From Octopus vulgaris (lineage: Eukaryota): a DNA stretch of 64,000 nt. Shown here one piece after another: positions 1 to 12,507 of the stretch. The DNA is taken from positions 209,188,001 through 209,252,000 of the forward strand of contig OX597815.1 in assembly GCA_951406725.2 (NCBI GenBank). The letters run 5' to 3'. The position numbers and the translations under genes were made by a program. Position 1 is the first letter of the stretch. Every line of letters begins with the position of its first letter. The notes under the pieces were generated by a model, which saw only the letters and a list, made by a program, of their open reading frames with translations, was not told the origin of the DNA and did no database searches.

Positions 1-839
1 GTCTTTGCATCAATTCTCCTATCTCGACAATTAACAATTGAATAACATCATGTTAGTAACGCAGAGATAAAACGCAGCCATTGACTGAGCAAATTCTCCA
101 TCGATTTGCACAAGCTCTTGTATCCACATGTCAGTTGTATGCACATAATGTACATCGGTTCACACGTGTGACTACGTACATGCTGTATGCATCACATAAA
201 AAAATACTATATGCTATAGCTACACACACATTTTGATCATACACTAAAAACAATATGTGTGTGTGTATGTGTGTATACTAGACATATGGAGACAGACTCC
301 TCCATATGTAGACAATACACATATGCCATGCACATGGTTTTCTTTTGTGTGTTTTTTTTTTTTCGTTTGTTTGTTTTTTTCCCTATCTACTTATCAATGG
401 CTTGAATAAAGAAACTGTTATAGAAAGCGGTTACTGATTCCCTTGGAATTCAGTGACTGATCAATACAGCATTGAATTAATAGCTCTTTGATGATGGCTC
501 AAGAACATAGTTTTTCTGTACAAACAATATGCTCTAAAGTGATCAAGATGCCATCGGGACTGAGTATCGCTTTATTTTTCACATGAATATAAGATTTTTA
601 AATTTTACTGCACGGTATTTTTATATCCGAATATAAAATATAGCAGGAAAATAAATAAAAAACATGCAAAACCGCAAATGGAAAAAGTGTTGCTTTTGTA
701 ATGATTGGTAAAGAGCCTGACTAAAGCATCATTGAAAATTTCCTTTCCACTTCTAAAAACCTGTTTAGTAGAGTTTTGTTAAGATCAAATGAAAAACCTA
801 TCACAAATTCCATTTAAGTCCTCGCTTAAATTTACATGC

Positions 840-874
<35 letters not shown>

Positions 875-1179
875 ATAAATTGTTGTTTTGGTGAATCTTT
901 CATATTAATATCTGAAGAATATGAGATATTTGCTGAAATGGATAGCGGTAGTACATTAGGTTTTGCAACAACAACAACAACAACAACAACAACGACTACT
1001 AGGGTTACAGATATATAAACCTAAAAGGTGAACGATCATAGAAAAATGAACATTATTATATTTGCATGAACTTTAAAAGGAATTTGGAAAAAATCTGGAA
1101 ATATTAGTTGTTAATGCTGCTGACAAAATTTCATAAAATATACATTAAATATTAAAGTGTCAAGATTTTGAAATAAGCC

Positions 1180-1180
<1 letters not shown>

Positions 1181-1226
<46 letters not shown>

Positions 1227-1260
1227 CTTTATAATTATTATTATAATTATTATTATTATA

Positions 1261-1296
<36 letters not shown>

Positions 1297-1311
1297 GTTA
1301 TTATTATTATT
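1181..1311. repeat. (ATT)n microsatellite
   Basis: Direct; explains the poly-Ile ORF. Confidence 0.97.
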
Positions 1312-1932
1312 AAAGGTGGTGAGCTTGCAGAATCATTAGCACACAGGACAAAATGCTTAGCAGTATTTCGCCCATCGCTATGTTCTGAGTTCAAATCCCG
1401 CCAAGGTTGACTTTGCCTTTCATCTTTTTGGGGTTGATAAAATTAGCACCGGTGATGTACTGGGGTCGATGTAATTGGCTTAATCCCTTCCCCCAAAATT
1501 TGAGGCTTTGTGCTTCCAGTAGAAAGGATTATTGTTATTATTATTATTATTAAGGTGGTGAGCTGGCAGAATCAGTAGCAAGCTGGCCAAAATACTTAGC
1601 AGTATTTCACCTATCAAATATGTTCTGAGTTCAAATTCTGCCAAGGTTGACTTTGCATTTCATTCTTTAGGGGTTGGTAAATTAAGTACCAGTGAAACAC
1701 TGGGGTTGATATAATCGACTAGCCCCTCCCTACAAAGTTTCATGCCATGTGCATTTAGTAGAAAAGATTATTATTATTATTATTATTATTATTAAGGCAG
1801 CAAGCTGGCAGAATCGTTAGCATGCCAGACGAAATGCTTAGTGGTATTCCGTCTGCTTCATGCTCTGAGTTCAAATTCTGCTGAAGTTGACTTTGCCTTT
1901 CATCCTTTCAGGGTCAATAAAGTAAGTACCAG
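1312..1932 (+). mobile_element. Three head-to-tail copies of tRNA-derived SINE family B (about 1312-1530, 1552-1770, 1794-1932)
   Basis: Each starts aaggyggygagctggcagaatc and carries B-box-like gagttcaaat plus the core gactttgcctttcatcctttnggggtcgataa; copies are separated by (ATT)n. Confidence 0.88.
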
Positions 1933-2176
1933 CCAAAATAAGACCAAAGCAGTGCATTTTATTTTTGAGCAAAACGCTTCATCTCACGTTGCTCTGTGAT
2001 GACTTCGACACCTGATGCATCGTTCACCTGTTCAGACAATGTTGATTTGATGGAGAGAGTAAACTAATGAGCAGCACAAATATTTGATCACTATAAACAA
2101 ATCACTTAGGTTGACCATTTGGCAAAGATTGAACACTCATACATTGTCTTCAACAGAAGAGTCTGTCATTATCATT

Positions 2177-2467
2177 GAGTGAGAGAGCAGTTCATGCCAT
2201 CAAAGTGACACTGGGGTAAAATATACGAAGCCCAGTATACCCATCATGGCTACCCATCTGATAAGGGTACACCAGGCACATGCATCACAACCATATGTGC
2301 GCGACATGGTGATCTCATATCAAGATAAACAGAACATGACTTTGCAGGTGGGGCCCAGTTAGAATTTTCTTCTGGTCGAGTAGCCCATCCCGCTCAAAAG
2401 GTCCCTGAATAAGGGTTGTTTAAGGATGGTGAACGAAACACCCATGTTTCCAGAGGTGAATTATTCA
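2177..2467 (-). mobile_element. Family E repeat, 3' half
   Basis: Reverse complement of about 10590-10882. Confidence 0.85.
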
Positions 2468-2684
2468 GCCACAAACATCTGCAGCCACAAAACATCTGAG
2501 TGAGCTAATGTGAGAACCTTTACAAGATCACTCAACCTTTTAAAAGTTACCAACCATATCTCTCTCAAATTGCACCTTACCATTTTAATCAGGGAAGGCA
2601 TGTTAGATATTAATGTCTTTGATGCGTTATGTAAGGCAATAATGATGATAATGATAATCATTTCTCATATCACAAACAAATGCC

Positions 2685-3215
2685 CTAGACTTGCTCGAAA
2701 CCACTACGAGTTGTGGTGACATGATAAGGTAGCGAAAGTGCTACATTGAAAACTGCGCGAAAAGTGGAGGATTGAGTGGGGCAAGATGTGGTATGAGCAC
2801 AAACTGCAGAGAGTGGCGGAATTGGAGACTTGCAAAGTCCTCCCAGTCCAAACAGATCAGGTACTAGAGCATAACAGACCAGACCCAGTTATTTCTTAAC
2901 TGCCCACAAGGAGCTAAACACAGGGTGGACAACCAAGGACAGACAAACGGATTAAGTTGTTTATATCGACCCCAGTGCGTAACTGGTACTTATTTAATCA
3001 ACCCCGAAAGGATGAAAAGCAAAGTCAACTTCGGCGGAATTTGAACTCAGAACGTAGCAGCAGACGAAATACCGCTAAGCATTTCGCCCAGCGTGCTAAT
3101 GTTTTTGCCAGCTCGCCACCTTGCCAGACCTAGTGGTGGTCAACAAGATGCACCACATGTCCTATATAGTTGAAGCTGCATGCCCCTTTGACCCATGAAT
3201 AGTTAAGAAGGAAAG
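2685..3215 (+). pseudogene. Degenerate R4/Dong-like LINE fragment (RHD..W..RPD region) interrupted by a SINE
   Basis: Broken translation HDKVAKVLH..WYEHK..VQTDQVLEHNRPD/LVVVNK..ACPFD matches the better copy at 50055-51005. Confidence 0.7.
2890..3122 (-). mobile_element. SINE family B inserted in the LINE fragment
   Basis: Reverse complement of family B; flanked by the near-direct repeat ccagaccYagt (TSD). Confidence 0.88.
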
Positions 3216-3429
3216 TGTTCTTCCATTCCTGTAAAGTATGTTGCAATTTAAGAACTATTTGGTTGCTATTTCTAGTAATTCAAGAAACTTCATTTTGAGA
3301 GCAGTGTTCCCCCACTCCAAAGAGGATCAACTGGCCACTGGAAATCGGTGACTATGAGTTCAAAATCTGTTGTGTTGCTAGATCTTTCAAAAACCTCGGG
3401 TCAATGGAAAAATTCATTGAAATATAAAT

Positions 3430-3920
3430 CATCATTATCATCATCATTTAGCATCTGCTTTCCATGCTAGCATGGGTTGGACGGTTCAACTGGGGTCTGG
3501 GAAGCCCGAAGGCTGCACCAGACCAGTCAGATCTGGCAGAGTTTCTACAGCTGGATGCCCTTCCTAACGCCAACCACTCCATGAGTGTAGTGGGTGCTTT
3601 TTATGTGCCACTGACACAGGTGCCAGACGAGGCTGGTGAACGGCCACGCTCGGATGGTGTTTTTTTTGTACCACCGACACAGGTGCCAGACGAGGCTGGC
3701 GAACGGCCACGCTCGGATGGTGTTTTTTTTGTGCCACCGACACAGGTGCCAGACGAGGCTGGCACGGCCACGATCGGATGGTGTTTGTTACATGCCCACA
3801 ACACGGAGGCCAGTCGATGTGGTACTGGCTACGGCCATGTTCGGATGGTTTTTCTTATGTGCCACCGGCACTGGTACCACGAAACTACAAATTCCATTGA
3901 TGTTCATCGATTTTGATTTG
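3430..3920 (-). mobile_element. RTE LINE 3' UTR (family C) with internal ~60-bp tandem units
   Basis: (CAT)n tail; ctggatgcccttcctaacgccaaccactcc motif; three repeats of acacaggtgccagacgaggctgg. Confidence 0.82.
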
Positions 3921-4758
3921 ATTATAAATGGTTTTGATAGAGAACAGTCTGGGAAACATTGGTGTAAAAGTTCCTTTGTTGGTTCAATACTACAGCATTA
4001 TCAACTATCGATTGGTAATATGATCTTGCAGAACATTTCTTCCTGTGATCTATGATGTGTGTCTATCTTTGCATGCATATATGCATGCGTACAAGCACAC
4101 AAGTTCATTACGTAGTTTGCATATAAAAACCATCGTTTTGCTCTGTGTTTATGTCACAGTATAAAATATGTTAAATTTCTTGTTATTTAAATAAACCATC
4201 AAGTTCTGGGGATTAATATCCAAACAGGCCTAAGCTTGCTTTTGAGCGATAAGTTTAGTAAATATCAGCTTGTAACTGAATCTGCTCAGTGTTTAATAAA
4301 AGTCAATGATATGGCAGTTTCTATATCAATATGACTTGTCGTCCTGTAGTGTTTTGTGTTAACAGTAAACGTCGGCAGCTGAAACTTGTGTTCTGGGAGA
4401 GAGATTAAAGAGGACATAAAAAAGAAACTGTAGTGTCGTTCTATTGATTAACTATTTAATTATTCATGTAGAGTTGAATTATATCCATAGCTCTTATAAA
4501 TGTCAATATGTTATTTGCCACCTTTAGATAATAAAGAGAGACACTTTGTTTATCTTTTCGGTTACACTACTTAGGAAAAAAAAAAAAAAATAATAATAAT
4601 AATTCCTTTCTACTAAAATATACTGACTGGGTTACTTTGTGGTGTTTTCCTTTTTTTTCTTTTTTTTTTTTGCAATTTTATCAGAAACTAATTGAAATAA
4701 AGTTCATTACTTTTTCTAAAACTTCAGAATTTAGTATTTAAAATTTTCTAAATTTCTA

Positions 4759-5157
4759 GGTGCAGGAGTGGCTATGTGGTAAGTACCTTGCTTACCAACC
4801 ACATGGTTCCGGGTTCAGTCCCACTGCATGGCACCTTGAGCAAGTGTCTTCTACTATAGCCTCGGGCCGACCAAAACCTTGTGAGTGGATTTGGTAGACG
4901 GAAACTGAAAGAAGCCTGTCGTATATATGTGTGTGTGTTTGTGTGTATACGTTTGTGTGTCTGTGTTTTGTCGCCCCACCAACATCGCTTGACGACTGAT
5001 GCTAGTGTGTTTACGTCCTCGTAACTTAGTGGTTCGGCAAAAGAGACTGATAGAATAAGTACTAGGCTTACAAAGAATAAGTCCTGGGGTCAATTTGCTC
5101 GACTAAAGGCGATGCTCCAGCATGGCCGCAGTCAAATAACTGAAACAAGTAAAAGAG
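4759..5157 (+). mobile_element. SINE family A, full length (~400 bp)
   Basis: tRNA-like head (tggctatgtggt, ggttcagtccc), CORE-like ccttgagcaagtg, internal TA/TG microsatellite, aagtaaaagag tail; many copies across the window. Confidence 0.92.
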
Positions 5158-5391
5158 ATTCATTCATGTATTTGTTAGTTTTACTTTCATTTTTTTTTTT
5201 ATACTAGCATGGGTTAGGTGAGTACTTGTTATTGAGGGTTCTCTTTTTATTTTTTATGCCGTCAGCTACCCTTCCTACAATGCACCTTTATGATTTTCAA
5301 GAGAAGGATTTATTTGTTGTACCTGTTTTGAAAATACTGACCTAAAGGATGATATCATGACAAAGAATATCAACATACACATAGACACACA

Positions 5392-5655
5392 TCATCATTC
5401 ATCATCATTGTTCGACCGTGGTCAAGACAATGGAATTTACCATGTTGCGCCAGACTTCACGGTCCATCATAGCATTACGGAGGTCCTGTTGCTGGATGCC
5501 TGTATCCCTGGAGATTACATCAGGGTAGGAGAGTGTGCGCCCTCTGGTGTTGCGAGTAGATGGCTTCCAGAGGAGAAGAGTAGAAATTACTTCTTTTTCA
5601 GCTCTACAACAATGTCCAGCAAACTGGACTCTCCTACCTTTCACAAGAGATGACA
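5392..5655 (-). mobile_element. RTE-clade LINE 3' end
   Basis: RRVQFAGHCCRA..RGRTLSYPD..DREVWR followed by a (GAT)n tail; second copy at 53870-54330. Confidence 0.85.
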
Positions 5656-5921
5656 CAGTGGTAATTTCCCATATATTTGCATTTCAACACACACACACAA
5701 CAGGCTTCCTTACAGTTTCTGCCTACCAAGGTGTCATGCAGTATGATCACATGATTATCAAATGCACTCCATATTCAGACATCTGTGCTTCATGCTGTAC
5801 GTACAACTGGTGGTGGGTGTATAGTTCAGACCTTTTCATGACAAGCAGCAATGTTTGCCTCAGTCGACTTGACTGGAGATTTAAAAACAGTAACAGAAAC
5901 CAAACAAATTCTAATTAATTC

Positions 5922-6320
5922 ACTCTCTTTTCTCTTTTTTACTCTTTTACTTGTTTCAGTCATTTGACTGCGGCCATGCTGGAGCACCGCCTTTAGTCGA
6001 TCAAATCGACCCCGGGACTTATTCTTTGTAAGCCCAGTACTTATTCTATCAGTCTCTTTTGCCAAACCGCTAAGTGACAGGGACGTAAACACACCAGCAT
6101 CGGTTGTCAAGCAATGCTAGGGGGACAAACACACACACACATATATATATATATATACGACAGGCTTCTTTCAGTTTCCGTATACCAAATTCACTCACAA
6201 GGCATTGGTCGGCCCGGGGCTATAGCAGAAGACACTTGCCCAACATGCCATGCAGTGGGACTGAACCCAGAACCATGTGGTTGGTTAGCAAGCTACTTAC
6301 CACACAGCCACTCCTGCACC
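5922..6320 (-). mobile_element. SINE family A, full length
   Basis: Reverse complement of 4759-5157. Confidence 0.92.
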
Positions 6321-6429
6321 TATGCACTAGTTAGCATTTACATTAAAAAATTAATACTCTTTGCATTAAAAAACTAATAACAATAAATATGTGATCTTGG
6401 GAGGAAAATCTTTGATAGTCGATGACTAA

Positions 6430-6732
6430 TAATAATAATGAAATTATTGTATACAGTGCTCAGGTGCACCACAACTCGTCAAAAGTGCGTATAAAGCATA
6501 TGCAGTAATGTACAAATGTCTGGGAAGCAAACAGTGTACAAGTCAGATACATGCTTGCGTGTGTATGGAGGGGAGAAAATCAGGTGTAGTGTCGGCGAAT
6601 CTCAGGAAGCATGGAAGTTTTGAAGGATGCAGTGCTCCGACAACTAACAACTGATGCCGGCAGTTTGTTCCATACTTCAGCAACTCTTAGCGTGAAAAAA
6701 TGTTTCCAAAAGTCTTGGGAGCTGTGCTGTTT
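6430..6732 (-). mobile_element. CR1/L2-like LINE 3' end
   Basis: Minus-strand translation KHFFTLRVAEVWNKLPASVVSCRSTASFK matches the CR1-group C-terminal motif FF..RV...WN.LP..VV....FK; (ATT)n tail. Confidence 0.75.
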
Positions 6733-7199
6733 GTAATATGTATCTTGATTTTCTAACATTTACAGGAGACAACTTCATATCTGTTTCAGTCTTGTTCTGA
6801 CCTCATCAGTGATGCAGGGCTGCCACCATTACTTGTTGAATTAATATTTAACAGTACATTTGTCAGAAACCAAAATAAAATGAAGAGATTCCTGATGATA
6901 TCCCTCTTAATGCATCGTTGACTTAAAGGAGAAGAAGATGAATATGATTATATAATATACTGCCCGTTCCAAAATTTATTTTGCAACATAACAATAGGGA
7001 AATGGTATCAACTAGGAAATAGCATCTTAGCAATAAAACCAACACACTGTGTTTATTTCTTTACTCTGATTGCCACAAATGCTAACTGAGTTTAAAATAT
7101 TGGATGCAAAAGGAACTAATTTTCTTAAACTAATTTTCAGTAGAGATTTTATGCTGAAGGCTATAAGTATGCTTGTATGTGTGTGTAGGTGGGTAAGTA

Positions 7200-7301
7200 A
7201 ATAGATAGATAGATAGAAAGTTAGGTAGATAGGTAGGTAGGCAGACAGGCAGGCAGGCAGATAACTAGATAGATAGACAGATAACTAGACAGACAGACAG
7301 G

Positions 7302-7340
<39 letters not shown>

Positions 7341-7358
7341 CTAGATAGACAGACAGGC

Positions 7359-7392
<34 letters not shown>

Positions 7393-7600
7393 GTGGGTAG
7401 ACGGACAGACAGACAGATAACTAGACAGATAGATACATACATACATACATACATACATACATAACTAGATACACAGACAGACAGATAACTAGACAGATAC
7501 ATACATACATACATACATAACTAGATACACAGACAGACAGATTGATAGATAGATAACTGGATAGATAGATACATACATACATACATACATACATAGCTAA
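7200..7600. repeat. Compound (GATA/GACA/CATA)n microsatellite
   Basis: Direct. Confidence 0.95.
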
Positions 7601-8201
7601 TTAGAGAGATAAGTAGACTAGTTGATTGATTGGATGAATACACACTTGTAAGCAACAATTTGAAATTTAAAAATTTTTTAAGCAAAATTGCCTTTGTATA
7701 TTGATATGTGTCAGTGTGTGTGCTTGTATTGTTCCTTAATAACATATCCATGGCATACTCATTTGAGTGAATATGTGTGTATATGTCATTGTTGATGTGC
7801 ATTTATAAACAGTAATTCAAGATTTAAAGCAAAAACATAGTTTTTCGACACATGCATGTGTGTGCACACGCATACTTTGTAAAAAGCGTTGCTTTAGAAA
7901 AATACATCGTGATTACAATGCGATGTGAAAATGCTTCTGCTTTCTCTTTTAGTTTTTGTGTGAAGGATGCCACTATACAGAGGTGTCTTTGCATCACGCA
8001 ATCCTCTGAAGGAGACGACAGTTCATATCAAAGGTGGTTCAGAATACTATGAGAGTCTTGCTCATTTTTCCTAAGTGGCACAGAGCCTTTGGCACGCTGC
8101 CCACTGCATCACTACCTTTTAAAGAAAGAGACAGTTTTGTTATGAACAGTATAAGTTGTTTTAACACACTTGAGCATTTAGTGGTGAAGTAGTATGGTAC
8201 C

Positions 8202-8215
8202 ATTGCTATGGCAAC
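8202..8215. promoter_or_regulatory. RFX X-box-like palindrome ATTGCTATGGCAAC
   Basis: One mismatch to GTTGCYATRGCAAC; lies in non-repeat sequence. Confidence 0.3.
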
Positions 8216-8952
8216 CGATGCTTCTTTGCCGACAGTACTACTGGGCAGCTTTGCTCGCTCTGTAGTGATTTGTAAAGAACATATTAGATTGTTGGATCTA
8301 TTGTTAATAAGAAAGTGAGAAGTGGTTTCTGGAACAATGGCATCATGTGTACAGGTTTTGTGATTTGTGTTGATAAAGAAGAGATGGATCCTTTGTGCGT
8401 GTCCTCTCATTGGAACACTTCAGCCATAACAGAATAAACCACTTATTTGGTTTACATACGTGTGTGTGTGTGTAATTGTGTGTGCGTGTGCATTGTGGCT
8501 AGCTGTTTGTTTCTGCGTCTTTACCAGCTGCAGGTTTGCATGCTAATGAGTGCAGCAATTCTGCACAAGTAAGCATGAATGTTAAAGTTCTTATTGCTTA
8601 GCCATAAAATTCATGACATGCAGGCATGCAGGTTGCTTTTCACACACACACACACACACAGACACACACACACACACACACACATGCACACACACGCACA
8701 CATGCACACACACACGCACACACTCAAAAAGAGAAAAAAAAAACGAGAGGTGGAGGAAGAAAAAGAGAGAGAGAGAAGGAGAGAAAGTGTGAGAGGGGTT
8801 TTCTACATACATTTTTTTTTCCCTCTGTTCTTACATTACATGACACTTAAAACAAACACACAAACATACACATATTTTTGCATATATATATATATCTGTG
8901 TATGAATGTATATATAAATATACTTATACATATGTGCGTGTGTATATATATG

Positions 8953-8991
<39 letters not shown>

Positions 8992-9106
8992 TTGTATGTA
9001 CATAAACGCAACTTCCCATATGCATATATAAAATACAATTAAATAGGGTTTGTATTAAATTGTGAAATGTGTCAAGTATTGGTGAAATTCTATAATTATG
9101 TTCATA

Positions 9107-9314
9107 ACTCTCTCTTTACTCTTTTACTTGTTTCAGTCATTTGACTGCGGCCATGCTGGAGCACCGCCTTTAGTCGAGCAAATCGACCCCGGGACTTATT
9201 CTTTTGTAAGCCCAGTACTTATTCTATCGGTCTCTTTTGCCGAACCGCTAAGTGACGGGGACGTAAACAGACCAGCATCGGTTGTCAAGTGATGTTGGGG
9301 GACAAACACACACA

Positions 9315-9349
<35 letters not shown>

Positions 9350-9629
9350 TCATCATTTAACGTCCGCTTTCCATGCTAATATATATATATATATATATAT
9401 ATATACGACGGGCTTCTTTCAGTTTCTGTCAACCAAATCTACTCATAAGGCTTTGGTCGGCCCGAGGCTACAGTACATATATATATACATATATACGACG
9501 GGCTTCTTTCAGTCATTTGACTGCGGCCATGCTGGAGCACCACCTTTAGTCGAGCAAATCTCGTAATAAACACACCAGCATCGGTTGTCAAGTAATGCTA
9601 GGGGGACAAACACAGACACACAAACACAC

Positions 9630-9660
<31 letters not shown>

Positions 9661-9831
9661 CATATACACGACAGGCTTCTTTCAGTTTCCGTCTACCAAA
9701 TCCACTCACAAGGCATTGGTCGGCCCGGGGCTATAGCAGAAGACACTTGCCCAAGATGACATGCAGTGGGACTGAACCTGGAACCATGTGGTTGGTTAGT
9801 AAGCTACTTACCACACAGCCACTCCTGCGCC
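9107..9831 (-). mobile_element. Nested/rearranged SINE family A pieces
   Basis: Tail, middle and head segments repeated out of order around (TA)n runs. Confidence 0.85.
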
Positions 9832-10330
9832 TGTTTTTTTTTTATTTTATTTTTTATTTATTGTTTTGTTATTGTCTCTTTCAATTAGTTTTGGATGCTG
9901 TGAATCTGTGTAGGAAAGGAAATGTTAGAGTGTAGTTTCCGTTGCGATAATCTTGTGCTCGGCAAAATAAAAAATAAAAATAAAATTCTAGCATAGCAAT
10001 AGAAACCATTCTTGATTCGTAGGAAATTTCCAATTGTACCATTCACTGACCACGGCAACATTTTCTTTGTAAGCCACACGGATAAGATTGACTTTGCTCT
10101 GCCAATACGTAAGTCATTGATCAGTGAAGCAAAAATCAAAAGTAGAAATATCGGGAATAGCAGACTGTGTGTGACTGTACCATTATATATTCATAGAATG
10201 GAGTATTTGGTCTTGTGTGATTGTATCTATACCTGTTTCACTACTCTAATTATACAGCAGCAACAACAACAATATCAATAATAATAATAATAGTAATAGT
10301 AGTAATAATAATAATAATAATAATAATAAA

Positions 10331-10882
10331 TGCCCTGATGCAGTACCAGACAGTGGCTCTCATGGCTTCTGATCTTAACTGATTGGAAGTGTTATCATGT
10401 ACATTGTTTTGTCTTGGTATAAAAGATGGGCTACAGCAAATATTCTGCCCACAGAGTTGCTTGTCAGTTGTTTAACCTTAACCAGTTGAGCATGTCCCTT
10501 AGTGGCTGACAATATGTGCATCTCTGATCATGAGCAGAAGTAGTTGGGGAGCATCATAGCCATGTGTTGAGAGGGATTCTTTGGGGTTTGAATAATTCAC
10601 CTCTGAAAACATGGGTGTTTCATTCAACATCCTTAAACAACCCTTATTCAGGGACCTTTTGAGCAGGATGGGCTACTCAACCAGAAGAATAAGATTCTAC
10701 CTGGGCCCCACCTGCAAGGTCATGTTCTGTTTATCTTGATATGAGATCACCGTGTCGTGCACATATGGTTGTGATGCATGTGCCTGGTGTACCCTTATCA
10801 GACGGGTAGTCATGATGGGTATATTGGGCTTCGTATATTTTACCCCAGTGTCACTTTGATGGCATGCACTGCTCTCTCACTC
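10331..10882 (+). mobile_element. Family E, apparently full-length non-coding element inside (AAT)n
   Basis: Flanked on both sides by (AAT)n; four other partial copies in the window. Confidence 0.85.
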
Positions 10883-10899
10883 AATAATAATAATAATAA

Positions 10900-11259
10900 T
10901 CCTTTCTAGTCTTGATACAAGGCTGAGAATTTTGGGGTAGGTGACTAGTCGATTACATCAACCCCAGTGTTTCACTGGTACTTATTTCATCGACCTTGAA
11001 AGGATGGAGGGCCAAGTTAACCCCAGTAGAATTTGAACTCAGAACGTAAAGACAGATGAAATGCCACTAAGCATTTTGCATGATGTACAAACGATTCTGC
11101 CAACTTGCTGCCTTAATATCAATAATAATAATAATAATAATAATCCTTTCTACTGAAGGTGCAAATCCTGAAATTTGTGGGGAGGGGCACATTGATTACA
11201 TCAACCCCAGTATTCAACTGGTACTTATTTCATCAACCTGAAAGGATGAATGGCAAAGG
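10900..11259 (-). mobile_element. Two SINE family B copies
   Basis: Reverse-complement core and head. Confidence 0.8.
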
Positions 11260-11568
11260 GATTTGTGGTTTGTCTGCCTTCCTACTTATTAAGACTTTGG
11301 TTTTAGCTAGGTTGACTCTAAGGCCCTTCAATTCTAATCCTTGCTTCCACGCCTGAAACTTCTCCTCTAGTTCTGATAGTGACTCAGTAATAAGAGCAAG
11401 GTCATCAGCATAGAGGAGTTCCCAGGGGCATCCTGTCTTGAATTCCTCTGTTATTGCCTGGAGGACTATGATAAATAGGAGGGGGCTGAGGACTGAGCTT
11501 TGGTGGACCCCTACCTCTACCTGAAATTCTTCACTGTACTCGTTGCCAACCCTCACCTTACTGACAGT
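11260..11568 (-). pseudogene. RTE-clade reverse transcriptase fragment
   Basis: GVHQSSVLSPLLF and LLYADD motifs, GLRVNLAKTK. Confidence 0.92.
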
Positions 11569-11929
11569 TCACTCGGCTGACAAAAACGATTAGTACTTGT
11601 ATTTCAAAGAGCAAGCCTTGTCACACTCTGTGTCACGCTGAATCACCCTGAGAACTACGTTAAGGGGATGCATGTCTTTGGAATGCACAGCCACTTGCAT
11701 TTTAATTTTATGGGCAGGCTGTTCCATTGATTATATCAACTGGAACACTCACCGTCATAAGCAATGGTGTGCTAGTACTTATATATGTATGTATGTGTAT
11801 ATTTGTGTGTATATATGTATGTGTGTATGTATGTGTATATTTGTGTGTTTATATGTATGTGTGTATGAATGAGTATATATATATTTGTGTATGTATATAT
11901 ATGTGGATGTATATATACATAAAGAAACT

Positions 11930-12507
11930 AATGTGCTTCGCTGGATGTGCAATGTCAGTGTGCTTGTATGGCTGAGTGTAAATGTCTTGAGAGAAAAGCT
12001 GGGCATAAGAGGCATCAGATATGGTGAGCAAGAGAATCAAATGTGCTGTTATGGTCATGTGATGTGTATGGATGTGGACAGCTGTGTAGAGAAGTGCCGA
12101 ACTCTAACTGTGGAAGGAACTTGTGGAAGAGGTAGACCTAGGAAGACAGGACGAGGTGGTGAAGCACGATCTTCGAATGTTGGGCCTCACAGAGGCGATG
12201 ACAATTGACCAAAACCTTTGGCAATATGCTGTGCTTGAGAAGACCTGTCAAGCCAAGTGAATTCATTGTCATGGCTTTTGCCAGTGTTATGGAAATGGCA
12301 TTTGTGGATAATAGTCATGGCTGTTGCTGATGTCGTGTAAATGGTATCCATGCCAGTGGCACGTAAAAAGTACCCTTTACACTCTCGGAGTGGTTAGTGT
12401 TAGGTAAGGCACCCAGCTGTATAAACCATGCCAAGTTAGACTGGAACCTGGGGCAGCCCTCAAACCATCTAACTCATGCCAGCACAGAAAGTGGATGTTA
12501 AATGATG
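11930..12507 (+). mobile_element. RTE LINE C-terminus plus 3' UTR
   Basis: LRWMCNVS..YGHV..GRGRPRKT runs into the family C UTR, linking family C to this LINE. Confidence 0.85.

Noticed and set aside
3600-3790. ~60-bp repeats resembling a repeat-spacer array
   Set aside because: Units are contiguous tandem copies inside an RTE UTR.
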